The translations under genes were made by a program, and so were the position numbers. Below are positions 39,381 through 49,324 of a stretch of DNA of 64,000 nucleotides, one piece after another (within the stretch, counting starts at the first letter, position 1; the number at the start of each line of letters is the position of its first letter). Origin of the DNA: Ostreococcus lucimarinus (Eukaryota); assembly GCA_000092065.1 (NCBI GenBank), contig CP000601.1; one strand, 5' to 3'. The notes beneath the pieces were generated by a model. It saw only the letters and a program-made list of their open reading frames with translations. It was not told the origin of the DNA and made no database searches.

Positions 39381-40340
39381 TTAAGCGCGCGTGAAAATGT
39401 ATATTCCGCCCGCGGCGGCGCGTCCGATCAACATGTCCTCGTCGCAAAACGTGAGATGATACGTGCCCACGGCGGCGCCAGCTTCTCCGCCGCCCATGGA
39501 CGTCAGAGCGCCCCGAAGCGGAAACTTCAGCTCGAGCTCTTTGATAAACATCAGCACTTGATGATTCAGCGACGACCGAGGCAAAATCGCCGGCGCCAAC
39601 AACGTCTCGGCGAGCGGCGAAATACTAATCTCGCTCACCTGCGCCTCTTGAAACGTCAACGCGATGCGCCGCCGCCCGACATCCTTAAAACTCGCCTGCA
39701 CGCGCAATCCGACGCCTCCCGGCGCGCCAACCTTCGCCTCGCTCAACAAAAACGGCACGCTCAGGCGTATCTCGTTCGTGATCCCCGTATTCGTCCCGTT
39801 CGCGCACCCGAAGCTCTGAAAAATATCCCCCACCTCGGGCACCCCCAACCTCTGCGACGCCATCAACAGCCCCAGCACGTCCGCCGCGTTCGTGTACGCC
39901 AACCGCCACTTCCCATCCAGCGCATCCCACTCGATCGTCTCGCTCGTCGTCAGCCGCTCGAGCGCGCCCGCCGCCGCCATGATCTCCGCCGCGTCGTCGC
40001 GCGTCGCCAGCGCCCCGCGATACGTCCCCGCGCACGCCTCCCGCAGCCGCGCCCTCGCGCGCGCGCGCGCCTCGTCCGCGCGCGCCTCCGCGTCGACGTC
40101 ACCACCCTTTCCTCGCGCGCGCGCGTCGTCGATCGCGCGCGTCGTCGTCGCGCGCGCCCGCTCGAACCTCGAACCGACCCCCGTCGACGTCGTCCTTCGC
40201 GGCGACGCCGCCGCGCGCGCGCGCGCGCGCGTCGCGTCCGCGCGCGCGACGGCGACGCGCATCGTCGCGATCGCGTCCCGTTCGCCCGAGCGCCGCGAAC
40301 TCGCGTCGCGCGCGCGTCGCGCGATTGTGACGCGCCACAT
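39381..40340 (-). CDS. Plastid lipid-associated protein / fibrillin (PAP) family
   Basis: LDGKWRLAYTNAADV... and C-terminal YHLTFCDEDMLIGRAAAGGIYIFTRA match the PAP_fibrillin core. The N-terminus is Ala/Arg-rich and transit-peptide-like. Confidence 0.65.
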   Translation of the reverse strand: MWRVTIARRARDASSRRSGERDAIATMRVAVARADATRARARAAASPRRTTSTGVGSRFERARATTTRAIDDARARGKGGDVDAEARADEARARARARLREACAGTYRGALATRDDAAEIMAAAGALERLTTSETIEWDALDGKWRLAYTNAADVLGLLMASQRLGVPEVGDIFQSFGCANGTNTGITNEIRLSVPFLLSEAKVGAPGGVGLRVQASFKDVGRRRIALTFQEAQVSEISISPLAETLLAPAILPRSSLNHQVLMFIKELELKFPLRGALTSMGGGEAGAAVGTYHLTFCDEDMLIGRAAAGGIYIFTRA

Positions 40341-40366
40341 CGCGCGCGATCGTATTCTCGACGCGA

Positions 40367-41302
40367 ATGCCGCCGCGCCCTCGCGCGGACGCGTCGGTGG
40401 ACCTCGCGCGCGCGCGCGCGAGCGCGGACGACGTCTCGCATCGCCTGTCGGACACGCGCGCGCGCACGGTGCAGGCGGTGGAGCTCACGGAGCGCGCGCT
40501 GAGGGAATTCAGAGACGCGGACGCGCGCGACGCATCGAAACCGCGATCGACGCTCGTCTCGCCGTACGACGGCGAGGAGGACGAGGAGGGCGGAGATAAC
40601 GAACTCACGGCGCTGGTGCGGCAGCTGGAGTCGTTCGCGGAGAAACGAACGGGGACGGGACAGGCGCCGCGAGGGGCGAACGGGACGAGCGGGACGACGC
40701 GCGGCGAACGGGAACGAGAACGGGAACGAGGAGGGGATAAATGGAGCGTGAAGAGCGGAGATAGCGGCGATGGACGATCGATGAACGATGAAAATTCGTT
40801 GGTCGGGTACTCGATGATGTACGGGAGCACGGTGGACGACGATGGGAGCGCGGCGGACGCGGATGAGCTCGCGAGCGAGTTTTCGGTTGATTTTTCGCTG
40901 CCGAGCGAACGCGTGGCTGGGGGTGCGACGGCGAGGAACGATAAAAAGAGCGAGCTCGGGAGCGTGAGTGGGCGGATAAACGCGGTGAGCGATAGTTTAA
41001 CGACGAGCAAGTCGCGATTGCACGAGAGCATCGCGAGCTTGGAGCTCGAAGCCGGGTTGACTGAAAACGGCGCCGAGATGGATTTCGAGCAGTACAAGGA
41101 CGACATGCCCGTGGTCGGGAACACGAAGACCGGTCAGGTCGTCATCGATTTAGCCGCGAGAGGCGTGAACTCGCTCAGTCGATCGAGTTCGCAGTTCATG
41201 GGCGAAGGCAAAGGCGGTCGGGGCGGCGACGGCGCCGAGCTCAGTCCGCTTGTGCGAATGTTCAATAGCGTGTGCGGCGGTTGTTGCGCCCTGCGCAAGT
41301 GA
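40367..41302 (+). CDS. Hypothetical acidic protein ending in a Cys cluster (…CGGCCALRK)
   Basis: Intact GC3-rich ORF. No domain recognised. Confidence 0.4.
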   Translation: MPPRPRADASVDLARARASADDVSHRLSDTRARTVQAVELTERALREFRDADARDASKPRSTLVSPYDGEEDEEGGDNELTALVRQLESFAEKRTGTGQAPRGANGTSGTTRGERERERERGGDKWSVKSGDSGDGRSMNDENSLVGYSMMYGSTVDDDGSAADADELASEFSVDFSLPSERVAGGATARNDKKSELGSVSGRINAVSDSLTTSKSRLHESIASLELEAGLTENGAEMDFEQYKDDMPVVGNTKTGQVVIDLAARGVNSLSRSSSQFMGEGKGGRGGDGAELSPLVRMFNSVCGGCCALRK

Positions 41303-41460
41303 CGCCGCGCGCGAGATGACAACCACCACTAGCTACGGTGGGTGCGTGTAAAACTAAACAGCGCAGCGCGACGCGATTCGACGCGACGCGCGCGCTCGAA
41401 TCGAGACGAGCGTCTCTCGGCGCCGCCGCCGCCCTCGCGCGTCACTTCGAGCCCGCCCGC

Positions 41461-42610
41461 CATGCCGCGACTCCTCTCTCCACGCGCCCTCGCGTCGTCG
41501 CGACTCTCCCTCGAAGCGACGGTGCTTCCGGGTCGTCGCGCGCGCGCCTCGCCGCGCGCGCGCGTCGCCGTCGCGCGGGCGTCCTCGCTGACCATCGCTC
41601 GACCGGACGACTGGCACCTGCACGTCCGCGACGCCTCAAAGCTCGCCGACGTCGTCCCGTTCACGTCGAAGACGTTCAAGCGCGCGCTGGTGATGCCGAA
41701 CCTGACGCCGCCCGTGCGCACGGCGAGCGAGGCTGAAAAGTACCGGGAACTCATCGCGAAGGCGGCGCCGGCGAGCGACGGATTCGAACCGCACATGACG
41801 CTGTATCTCACGGATAACACCACGGTAGAGCAAGTCGAGGAAGCGCACGCGTGTGGATTCGTGCGAGGGTATAAGCTGTACCCGGCAGGGGCGACGACGA
41901 ACAGTGAATTTGGGGTGACGGATGTGGCGAACGTGGCGAAGGCGACGAAACGCATGGCGGAACTGGGGCTGACGTTGCAAGTGCACGGAGAAGTGACGCA
42001 CGCGAGCGTGGACGTGTTCGATCGAGAGGCGAGATTCATTCAGGACGTTTTGATGCCGCTGTTGGATAGATCTCCGGATTTGAGGGTGGTGATGGAACAC
42101 ATCACGACGCGCGACGCCGCCGAGTTTGTCGCCGCGGCGGGGCCGAACGTCGCAGCGTCAGTGACGCCGCAACACGTGCTGTTCAATCGTAACGCCCTTT
42201 TCAAGGGTGGTTTAAGACCACATTTCTATTGCTTGCCCATCTTAAAGCGTGAGGAGCATCGCGAAGCCGTGCTCGCGGCGGCGACGAGCGGGAGCGGCAA
42301 GTTTTTCCTCGGCACCGACAGCGCGCCGCACCCCAAAGGCGCAAAGGAGGCCGCGTGCGGGTGCGCGGGTATCTTCTCTGCGCATGCCGCGTTGCCACTC
42401 TACGCCATGGCTTTCGAATCCGTCGACGCGCTCGACAAGCTCGAGGCGTTTGCGTCGCACAACGGAGCCGACTTTTACCGCGTCCCGCGTAACACCGAGA
42501 CGGTGACGTTGGAGAAGAAGGCTTGGAAAGTGCCGGATGAGTACAAGTTTGGTGACACTACGGTGGTGCCATTTTACGCGGGTGAGGAAATTCCGTGGAG
42601 CGTGGTGTAA
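41461..42610 (+). CDS. Dihydroorotase, type II (PyrC; plant/bacterial class), probably organelle-targeted
   Basis: DDWHLHVRD metal-binding motif and colinear similarity to type II DHOase. Arg/Ser-rich N-terminal presequence (MPRLLSPRALASSRLSL...). Confidence 0.88.
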
Positions 42611-42658
42611 TTAAAATCGACAACAAATTGTAGGAGACGCGGCGAAGATAATCAGCCA

Positions 42659-43651
42659 TTACAAATTGTACGCCTCGCAGCTCTTGACGCCGTTCTCCTT
42701 GCAAAACTCGATGCTCAAATCCCAAAGCTTCGCGTTAGACTCGGCGTTTTTCGCGCGCGGCGCCATGGCATCGGCGCCGAAACCGGCGAACGCTTTGGAT
42801 AAGAGAGGCATGCCGAACATGTACGTCGCGCTCTTGTGCATCTTGAACAGCTTGGACATTTTAATCTTGAACGGCATGTAAAGCGTCGCCTTTGTTATGG
42901 ACGGCAGCGACGCCGCGTTCACGCTCGTCATCGCTCCTTGCGCGGGCGTCAAGGCCAAGATGCTCATGATCTTTCGCAAAACCGGGTTGTAATCTCTCCA
43001 AATGTTGCTCGCCACGAAGCCCGGATCTGCGGCGGCGCAGACGATCTTGTTATCCGGATACGCCGCATCCAATCGTCGCTGCAGCTCCACCGTCATCGCC
43101 AAACACGCCAACTTGCTCGACCCGTAGTTCCCCTTCGTCTTACTCGCACCCTTGTAGTAGTACTGATACTTGTTTGACCCGAACCACGTCGTCACCGAAC
43201 TCAACGCCACCACCCTCGCGCCGTCGCTCTTCATCAACTGCGGCAACAACAACGACGTGAGCATGAAGTGTCCGAGATAATTCACCCCCATGCATATGTC
43301 GTACCCTTGTTTCGTCGTCTTCGGTCCACTGTATCCGCTCGCCCCGTTCAATCCCGCGTTATTCACCAAGACGTCCAATTTTTCATACTCCTTCCCAAAC
43401 TTTTCCGCGAACGCCCTGACGCTCGCGGCGTCGCTCAGATCGAGCGCCATCACCGCCACGTCGTTCGCGCCCCCGTTTGACGCGTACTCGAGCGCCGCCC
43501 TCGCTCTGTCGATCGAGCGACACGCCATGACGACGCGCGCGCCGGCGTCCGCGAGCAACCTGGCCGTCTGCAACCCGATCCCGGTGTTCGCGCCGGTGAC
43601 CACGGCGATCTTACCGCGCATGTCCACCGCGCACGCGGCGCGAATGCCCAT
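42659..43651 (-). CDS. Short-chain dehydrogenase/reductase (RDH/WWOX/POR-like SDR)
   Basis: TGANTGIG cofactor motif (KIAVVTGANTGIGLQTARLLADAGARVVMACR) and YxxxK context (YGSSKLAC). Confidence 0.85.
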   Translation of the reverse strand: MGIRAACAVDMRGKIAVVTGANTGIGLQTARLLADAGARVVMACRSIDRARAALEYASNGGANDVAVMALDLSDAASVRAFAEKFGKEYEKLDVLVNNAGLNGASGYSGPKTTKQGYDICMGVNYLGHFMLTSLLLPQLMKSDGARVVALSSVTTWFGSNKYQYYYKGASKTKGNYGSSKLACLAMTVELQRRLDAAYPDNKIVCAAADPGFVASNIWRDYNPVLRKIMSILALTPAQGAMTSVNAASLPSITKATLYMPFKIKMSKLFKMHKSATYMFGMPLLSKAFAGFGADAMAPRAKNAESNAKLWDLSIEFCKENGVKSCEAYNL

Positions 43652-43860
43652 GGCGCTTCGTTGGACGACGTCGACGACGGTCGGGCGCGATCGCGCGCGC
43701 GACGCGACGTCGCGGCGGAGTGACGACTTTATCCACTTCGCTCGGGACACTTTTCGGCGCGACTCCGAGGCGCGACGCGCACGTCGCGACGCGCCGACGC
43801 GCTTCGACCGGTCGCGCGCGCGCGGACGAGCGACGATAGACGCGGGCGATCGTCGAGACG

Positions 43861-44505
43861 ATGCCGGCGCCGACGCGACCGCCGACGCGACACCACCACT
43901 TCGAGACTGGGACGTACAAACCGAGCGGGCTGTTCCTGCCGGACGACGAGTACGGACGCGCTTTGGACGCGCTGGTGAAGGGCTGCGTCGATTGCTTGCT
44001 GACGAACGAAAAGGGAGAGGTTTTGCTCGGGCTGCGCAAGCACGAACCGGCGAAAGGGACGTGGTGGTACATCGGTGGACGGATGCGCACGGGGGAGACG
44101 GTGGAGGAGACGGCGAGACGGCACGCGAAGCGAGACATCGGGATCGAGATCGACACGGAGCGGTTTCGATTCGTGACCACGAGCACGATGAATTGGGAAT
44201 TTCGAGTGCAGGAGCCGGCGGGGAACGGGACGTGCGATATTAACGTGGTCCTCGCGGCGACGCTGACGGAGGAGGAAATCGCGCGCAAGACGATGTGCGC
44301 CGACGAATATTTAGATCAAAAATTTTGGTCCGTGGAGGACATCTTAGCCGTGACGGACGAAAAAGTGATTTTACCGCCGATTCACATCTCTGCAAAGAAA
44401 ATGGTGTGGTCTGAACGCGAGGATGCGATGTACGCGGCGGTGGCTCGCGGCGCGGACGACGCGGAAATCGCCCGACTCGCGCGCCGCGCGTACGAGTTCG
44501 CGTGA
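43861..44505 (+). CDS. Nudix hydrolase
   Basis: Nudix box GGRMRTGETVEETARRHAKRDIGI (Gx5Ex7REUxEExGU). Confidence 0.75.
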   Translation: MPAPTRPPTRHHHFETGTYKPSGLFLPDDEYGRALDALVKGCVDCLLTNEKGEVLLGLRKHEPAKGTWWYIGGRMRTGETVEETARRHAKRDIGIEIDTERFRFVTTSTMNWEFRVQEPAGNGTCDINVVLAATLTEEEIARKTMCADEYLDQKFWSVEDILAVTDEKVILPPIHISAKKMVWSEREDAMYAAVARGADDAEIARLARRAYEFA

Positions 44506-44726
44506 AGCGTTCGACGTGGCGGACGCGGGCTTTCGCGAAGCCATAGTTAGACGCAATTGTTTTAATGATTGATGCGCAAATGTTTTCGTGTTGTTACACT
44601 AACTGACTAAGTAAGAAGTCTTCGATCATCGTCGTGAAAATTGGCGCGGCGGAGCGCACATCGTTAGCGCTGCCCATCCTTGCTTGAAAAAATGTTGTTT
44701 GTTTATCTTTGTCCGATATCGTTCGA

Positions 44727-45383
44727 TTAGAACAGCGCGGAGCCGCCCATGATCTTTTCGACGATCGGCAACGCGACGAGACCGATCATCGCACCGCGAC
44801 CGTTCGTCATCTCCGCCTCCGCGCGGAACGGCCCGAACGCCTCGGGCGCCTCGTCCAAGCCGTTCGGCGACGACTTCTTGAGCGCCGGCGCCAAAGAGGA
44901 CGCCAAGGTCAAGATCACGCAGGCCGGCACGAGGAAGAACCCGGCCGCCGGGTACGTGGACGTGCGCGTGATGCCGTCCGCGAGCGTGAACGTGCGTTCG
45001 TTGAACAATTGGTGCATGAAGCTCGTGTTCGACGTCAGCTCCACGTAGAGCGCCGCCGTCCACCCAATCATCGCCGCGCGACCGTTGATCGTCTCCACCG
45101 CGCGCGAGTCCTTGAACGCGAGCATGACGGAGTCGAGCATGGAGTTATCGTTCCCGAGCGGCGCCGCTTCGGCGATGGAGCCGTCGGCCGGGTCGATCGC
45201 GTCGACGCGCATCGTCGGCTGCTTGGACGCCGCGTCGGCATCCTTCCACTCGGAGTTCGCCTCTTCGACCGCCTTGGAGACGTCGTTTTCGGCGCGGACC
45301 GCGACGGAGGCGCGGCGGTGCGCGCGCTGCGTCTTGACGACGGCGCGGGCGGCGAGTTGGGGGCGAGTCGTGACGGCGAACAT
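44727..45383 (-). CDS. Light-harvesting-like (ELIP/SEP-type) two-helix chlorophyll-binding-motif protein, plastid-targeted
   Basis: Two copies of the LHC motif ExxNGRxAMxG (ETINGRAAMIGW and EMTNGRGAMIGL). Basic N-terminal presequence. Confidence 0.6.
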   Translation of the reverse strand: MFAVTTRPQLAARAVVKTQRAHRRASVAVRAENDVSKAVEEANSEWKDADAASKQPTMRVDAIDPADGSIAEAAPLGNDNSMLDSVMLAFKDSRAVETINGRAAMIGWTAALYVELTSNTSFMHQLFNERTFTLADGITRTSTYPAAGFFLVPACVILTLASSLAPALKKSSPNGLDEAPEAFGPFRAEAEMTNGRGAMIGLVALPIVEKIMGGSALF

Positions 45384-45766
45384 GTCGTGCGTGCGTGTGC
45401 GAGAGTGACGCGATGCGGCGCGCCGTCGACGGTGACGTCGAATTTTGTCATTTTCGCGCGTCACTGTTTACGCATACGAGCGGTCGGTCGCGCGACACGA
45501 ATCGTCGACGTCGACGGTTCGCGCGTGACGTCACGCGACCGCGCGACGAAACGCGCGGTCGCCGCGGTCGACGCGGTCGACGCGCGCGCGGTCGGAGGCG
45601 AGGCGTCGGCGTCGGCGTCGCGCGCGACGCGCGAAGCCCGCGGGGCGCGCGGCGAAGGGCGCGGCGAGACGCGACGGTGCGCGCGACGACGCGATGGACG
45701 CTTTATGACTTTATGGGTCCTCGGGACGAGGGGGCGAATGTTACAAGTTTGAGCGATGCGCGCGAT

Positions 45767-47947
45767 TCATCGCCCGTCGCAGACGTCCGCGACGTCGTCC
45801 GGTCGTCCGACGATGACGTCTTCGCGGTCGATGGTGACCATGCCGAGCCTGGCGCCCTTGGGCTTTTTCACGTACTTAGGAGACGTGTACGAAACGTTGA
45901 CTTTGCCGCCCGTTCTCACTTTCGAATGAAAGCTCGCGACGTTGGCGGCGAATTGGATGTCGTCGTCTGAGGCGGTTTCGCCTGGTTGTTGGCGAAGGAT
46001 GACGTGCGCGCCCGGGGCGCCGCGAACGTGAAACCACACGTCTTGGTCTTGTCCGAAGAAAAGCGAAACCGCTTCGTTTCCGCGGCTATTTCTTCCGCAG
46101 TACACCTCCTTTCCACTCGGCGCGGTATAGATGCGAATGGCGTTCATCATCTCTTGCTTACGCGCTTGCTTACCGGTTTTCGGCTTCGCGCCGCCGCCCT
46201 TCTTCGCCGCCGCCATCGCGCGCGTCTTCGCGTCGGCGCCCTTGCCCGTGGGCTTTAAGAATCCACCGTCCACGAGTTCGGCGCCAATTTCCTCGATGAA
46301 CAATAAATCGTCGCGCGATTTGAACTCGCTGACTTCGAGAATACTAAATTCGACGCCCTCTAAATACTCAATCTCGCTCGCATTTTGTTCGATGAGCGGC
46401 TCGACGGCGTCGGCGGTGCGACGCAGCTTTCTCGTCTTTTTGTACAGCGCCTCGGCGGTGCCCACAGGACCTTTCTCGGGATCTACTTTAAACATCACTG
46501 TCTCGCCCGTGGTGAAGTCTTGACCCTCAAGCTCGCTCGAACCAGGCTTATAGTTGTAACTGTACGCCATCAACGCGTCGGCGAGCAGTTGAATTTCTTC
46601 GTGCCCGCTCGCCGCCTCTAATTGCTTGCGGAACCCAACGTCTTTGCTCGCCAACTTTTTCAGACGCGCGCGCACGGCTTGTAAAATGCGCGAGCGTTCG
46701 CGCTCGAACACGTCGGTTTCGCCCGCTTCGCCGTACACAGCGCCGAAAAGAGCGCCGATCGGCCCGCCGGCAACGCTCAAATCGTCGGCGGCGGGCGGCA
46801 AGACGACGCCCGCGGACGACGGGTGCAATAACAACTGCCCGAACTCTTCGCACCACGTGGCGTTTGCGAGCGTACCCGCACTGTCGGCATCACTTGAAAC
46901 GCTCGCAATCCATCGCATGAACTCATCGTACACGGCGACCCAATCGCTCGCACTCGCGGTTTCGACGCGCTCGCCATCGGCGACGCCCGCGCCGCGAATC
47001 AACGCCTTGGCCAAAGCCGGTGACACCCCTCGAAACGCGCGCACCATGCACTCATCCAAACGCGCTTCGCCCATATCACCACTGCGACCGCGTGCGACGT
47101 CGCGCAACACCGCGGTCCATCCGTCCACGCCCCCTTCAACCCCGGTCGTGGGATCGATCCCGGGCGCCGAGGGCGGCGGCTCGTACGCGTACCCGATCGC
47201 CAATCGCCGCACACTCGTCTGTTTCTCCCCAACCTGATACCCACACGCTAAAACTTCATCATTATTTTTACTATCAAGCAAGAACGCGTTGCTGTACCGC
47301 CCCATGACCTCACACAACAGCTCGTACTCTGCCTCACCTCCCGGCCTATCGCCGAATCGCAACCGACACGCGCGTTCCCACGCCGTCCCCACGCGCGCAT
47401 CCAGCAGCACCTTCCCCTTGAGCAGCGCGTTCGCGCTCTCGCCAAAACTAAGATTCATCCCCTTCTCCACCTTGGCCCCGCGCGCGCTCATCGCGACGTG
47501 CGCGGTCACCGGGTGCCAACTCACTCGCACGCTCCGCCGTCCATCCGCCGCGCGCGCGTCCAGCGTCATCGAGTGCGCGTCCACCTGCGCGCACGCGTCG
47601 ATCTTCACCGGCGTCGACAGCGCGTTTATCTCCCGCACGCTCGCGACGAGGGCGGTGTAATCGAACGTCGCGGGCGTCGCGCGCGCGGCGCGAACGACGA
47701 CGAGCGAGCGGCGGTGACGCGGCGACGGCGCGCGCCGCGGCGACGCGAGCGACGCGATGCGCCAACGCGCGCGCGCGGGGATGCGTGACGCGCGGTACAT
47801 GACGCCGAGCGCGGGCGCGGGCGGGCCGCGGGCGCGCCGCGGGCGGACGCGCGCGAGGGAAAGTGAGGACGCGGCGCGAGCGGGACGCGAAGCGTCTCGG
47901 CGAAAGGTTCGGCGCGCGAATGAATATCTGGCGATGAGCGTTGACAC
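45767..47947 (-). CDS. NFACT-family protein (RqcH/NEMF/Tae2/FbpA-like)
   Basis: NFACT-N/FbpA region plus an NFACT-R (DUF814) block DVWFHVRGAPGAHVILRQQPGE...NVASFHSKVRTGGKVNVSYTSPKYVKK. Confidence 0.8.
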   Translation of the reverse strand: MSTLIARYSFARRTFRRDASRPARAASSLSLARVRPRRARGPPAPALGVMYRASRIPARARWRIASLASPRRAPSPRHRRSLVVVRAARATPATFDYTALVASVREINALSTPVKIDACAQVDAHSMTLDARAADGRRSVRVSWHPVTAHVAMSARGAKVEKGMNLSFGESANALLKGKVLLDARVGTAWERACRLRFGDRPGGEAEYELLCEVMGRYSNAFLLDSKNNDEVLACGYQVGEKQTSVRRLAIGYAYEPPPSAPGIDPTTGVEGGVDGWTAVLRDVARGRSGDMGEARLDECMVRAFRGVSPALAKALIRGAGVADGERVETASASDWVAVYDEFMRWIASVSSDADSAGTLANATWCEEFGQLLLHPSSAGVVLPPAADDLSVAGGPIGALFGAVYGEAGETDVFERERSRILQAVRARLKKLASKDVGFRKQLEAASGHEEIQLLADALMAYSYNYKPGSSELEGQDFTTGETVMFKVDPEKGPVGTAEALYKKTRKLRRTADAVEPLIEQNASEIEYLEGVEFSILEVSEFKSRDDLLFIEEIGAELVDGGFLKPTGKGADAKTRAMAAAKKGGGAKPKTGKQARKQEMMNAIRIYTAPSGKEVYCGRNSRGNEAVSLFFGQDQDVWFHVRGAPGAHVILRQQPGETASDDDIQFAANVASFHSKVRTGGKVNVSYTSPKYVKKPKGARLGMVTIDREDVIVGRPDDVADVCDGR

Positions 47948-47977
47948 GCGCGCGCGTTCGTTCGGTCGGTCGTTTGT

Positions 47978-49108
47978 CTAGGATGTCTTGGCCGATTTCG
48001 GGGTGACTTCCTCGGCGCGCGTCTCGCGAAGGAAGACGCGGTCTTCGGGCTTGTTGTTCTCTCGCTCTTCGTGCGCGTACGAAGACGCGATGGCGAGCAA
48101 GGACCCACAAGGACTGAAAGCGAGCGCTGAGATGGAGGTGGGGTAGCGGGGCGACTGAAAAAGTCGCTTTTTAGCGTCGCCATCCCAAAAATTGACGTAA
48201 CCGTCGCCGCCGCCCGTGGCGAATGTGCCGTGGACGGGATGAAACGCCACCGCGTGGACGGGATAAACAATCTCACCCACGCTCGCGTCATCGGTTTTGC
48301 GATGACACTTGAACGCATATTTTCGCTTGTCGTTCTCTTCATCGCGTATGAACTCCACCGCTACGCGTCCCTCGACGCTCGCGGCCACGAATCCATCGCC
48401 TCGGATATTTGCTGCGATGGCGCGCGTTTGAAACCGCATGCTCGAACGTCTATTTATCAACGGACGCGGCGGCGCTTCCGACGCGCGTCGTCCGTCATCA
48501 CCATCCACACCGCGCACTAAATCTCGCGTCTCGTACGCCAAAACTTGCCCATCGCTCGTCGCCACGAAAATCTTACCGTCTCTCAAATCCGCCGCGTAGC
48601 ACTTCCCAGCCGTCTTCGTCGTCGACACCGCGCGCCCTCGCTCGTCCTTCGTCAAATCCCACGCCCTAATCGTTCGATCCCAGCCAAACGTAAACAATTT
48701 CTTCGTCGCATCATCGTACTCCACCGCCGACACCGCGCCGTCGTCGTGCGCGCCGACGACGCGAAACGCGCCAGTTTTAAAATCGACGAGGCGCACCGAC
48801 CCGTCGAGGCATCCCACGCACGCCGCGTCCTCATCCGTCCCGACGAACGTCCCGCACAGCGCGGGCGCGCCCAAATCGATCGAGTTCAACGATTTCACGT
48901 CCCCGATCTCGCGCGCGCGGCACGCGTACCGCCGCGCGGTCCCGTCCCAGGACGTCACCAGGAGCGTCAACCGTCGCGCCATCCCATCGTCGTCGTCGTC
49001 GCGACCCTCTCCCGCGCTGACCGCGCAGAACCGCACCGCGCTGACGCCGTCGCCGAACGCCGCGCCTCCGGCCCCTCGCACGTCGCGACCGAGGTCTCGA
49101 TGCGCCAT
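47978..49108 (-). CDS. BUB3: Mitotic checkpoint protein BUB3 (WD40)
   Basis: YAFKCHRK...VYPVHAVAFHPVHGTFATGGGDGYVNFWDGDAKKRLFQSPRYPTSISALAFSPCGSLLAIASSY...EDRVFLR matches the BUB3 C-terminal blades almost motif for motif. Confidence 0.85.
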   Translation of the reverse strand: MAHRDLGRDVRGAGGAAFGDGVSAVRFCAVSAGEGRDDDDDGMARRLTLLVTSWDGTARRYACRAREIGDVKSLNSIDLGAPALCGTFVGTDEDAACVGCLDGSVRLVDFKTGAFRVVGAHDDGAVSAVEYDDATKKLFTFGWDRTIRAWDLTKDERGRAVSTTKTAGKCYAADLRDGKIFVATSDGQVLAYETRDLVRGVDGDDGRRASEAPPRPLINRRSSMRFQTRAIAANIRGDGFVAASVEGRVAVEFIRDEENDKRKYAFKCHRKTDDASVGEIVYPVHAVAFHPVHGTFATGGGDGYVNFWDGDAKKRLFQSPRYPTSISALAFSPCGSLLAIASSYAHEERENNKPEDRVFLRETRAEEVTPKSAKTS

Positions 49109-49324
49109 CGCGCGCGCGCGTCTCGCGCGCGCACCGCGCGCGCGTCCCGACCGTCACCGCGACGACGTCGTCGTCGCCCGCGCGCGCATCGGTTTATCGC
49201 CGATCGACGACGGTCAAACGCGCGTTCGGGCGCCGTCTCGATCCATGTGCGATCGCGATGACGCGCGCATAAATAATCATCGCCGCGACCGAACGCGCAT
49301 TGCGACGCGCGCGAACGCCGTGTC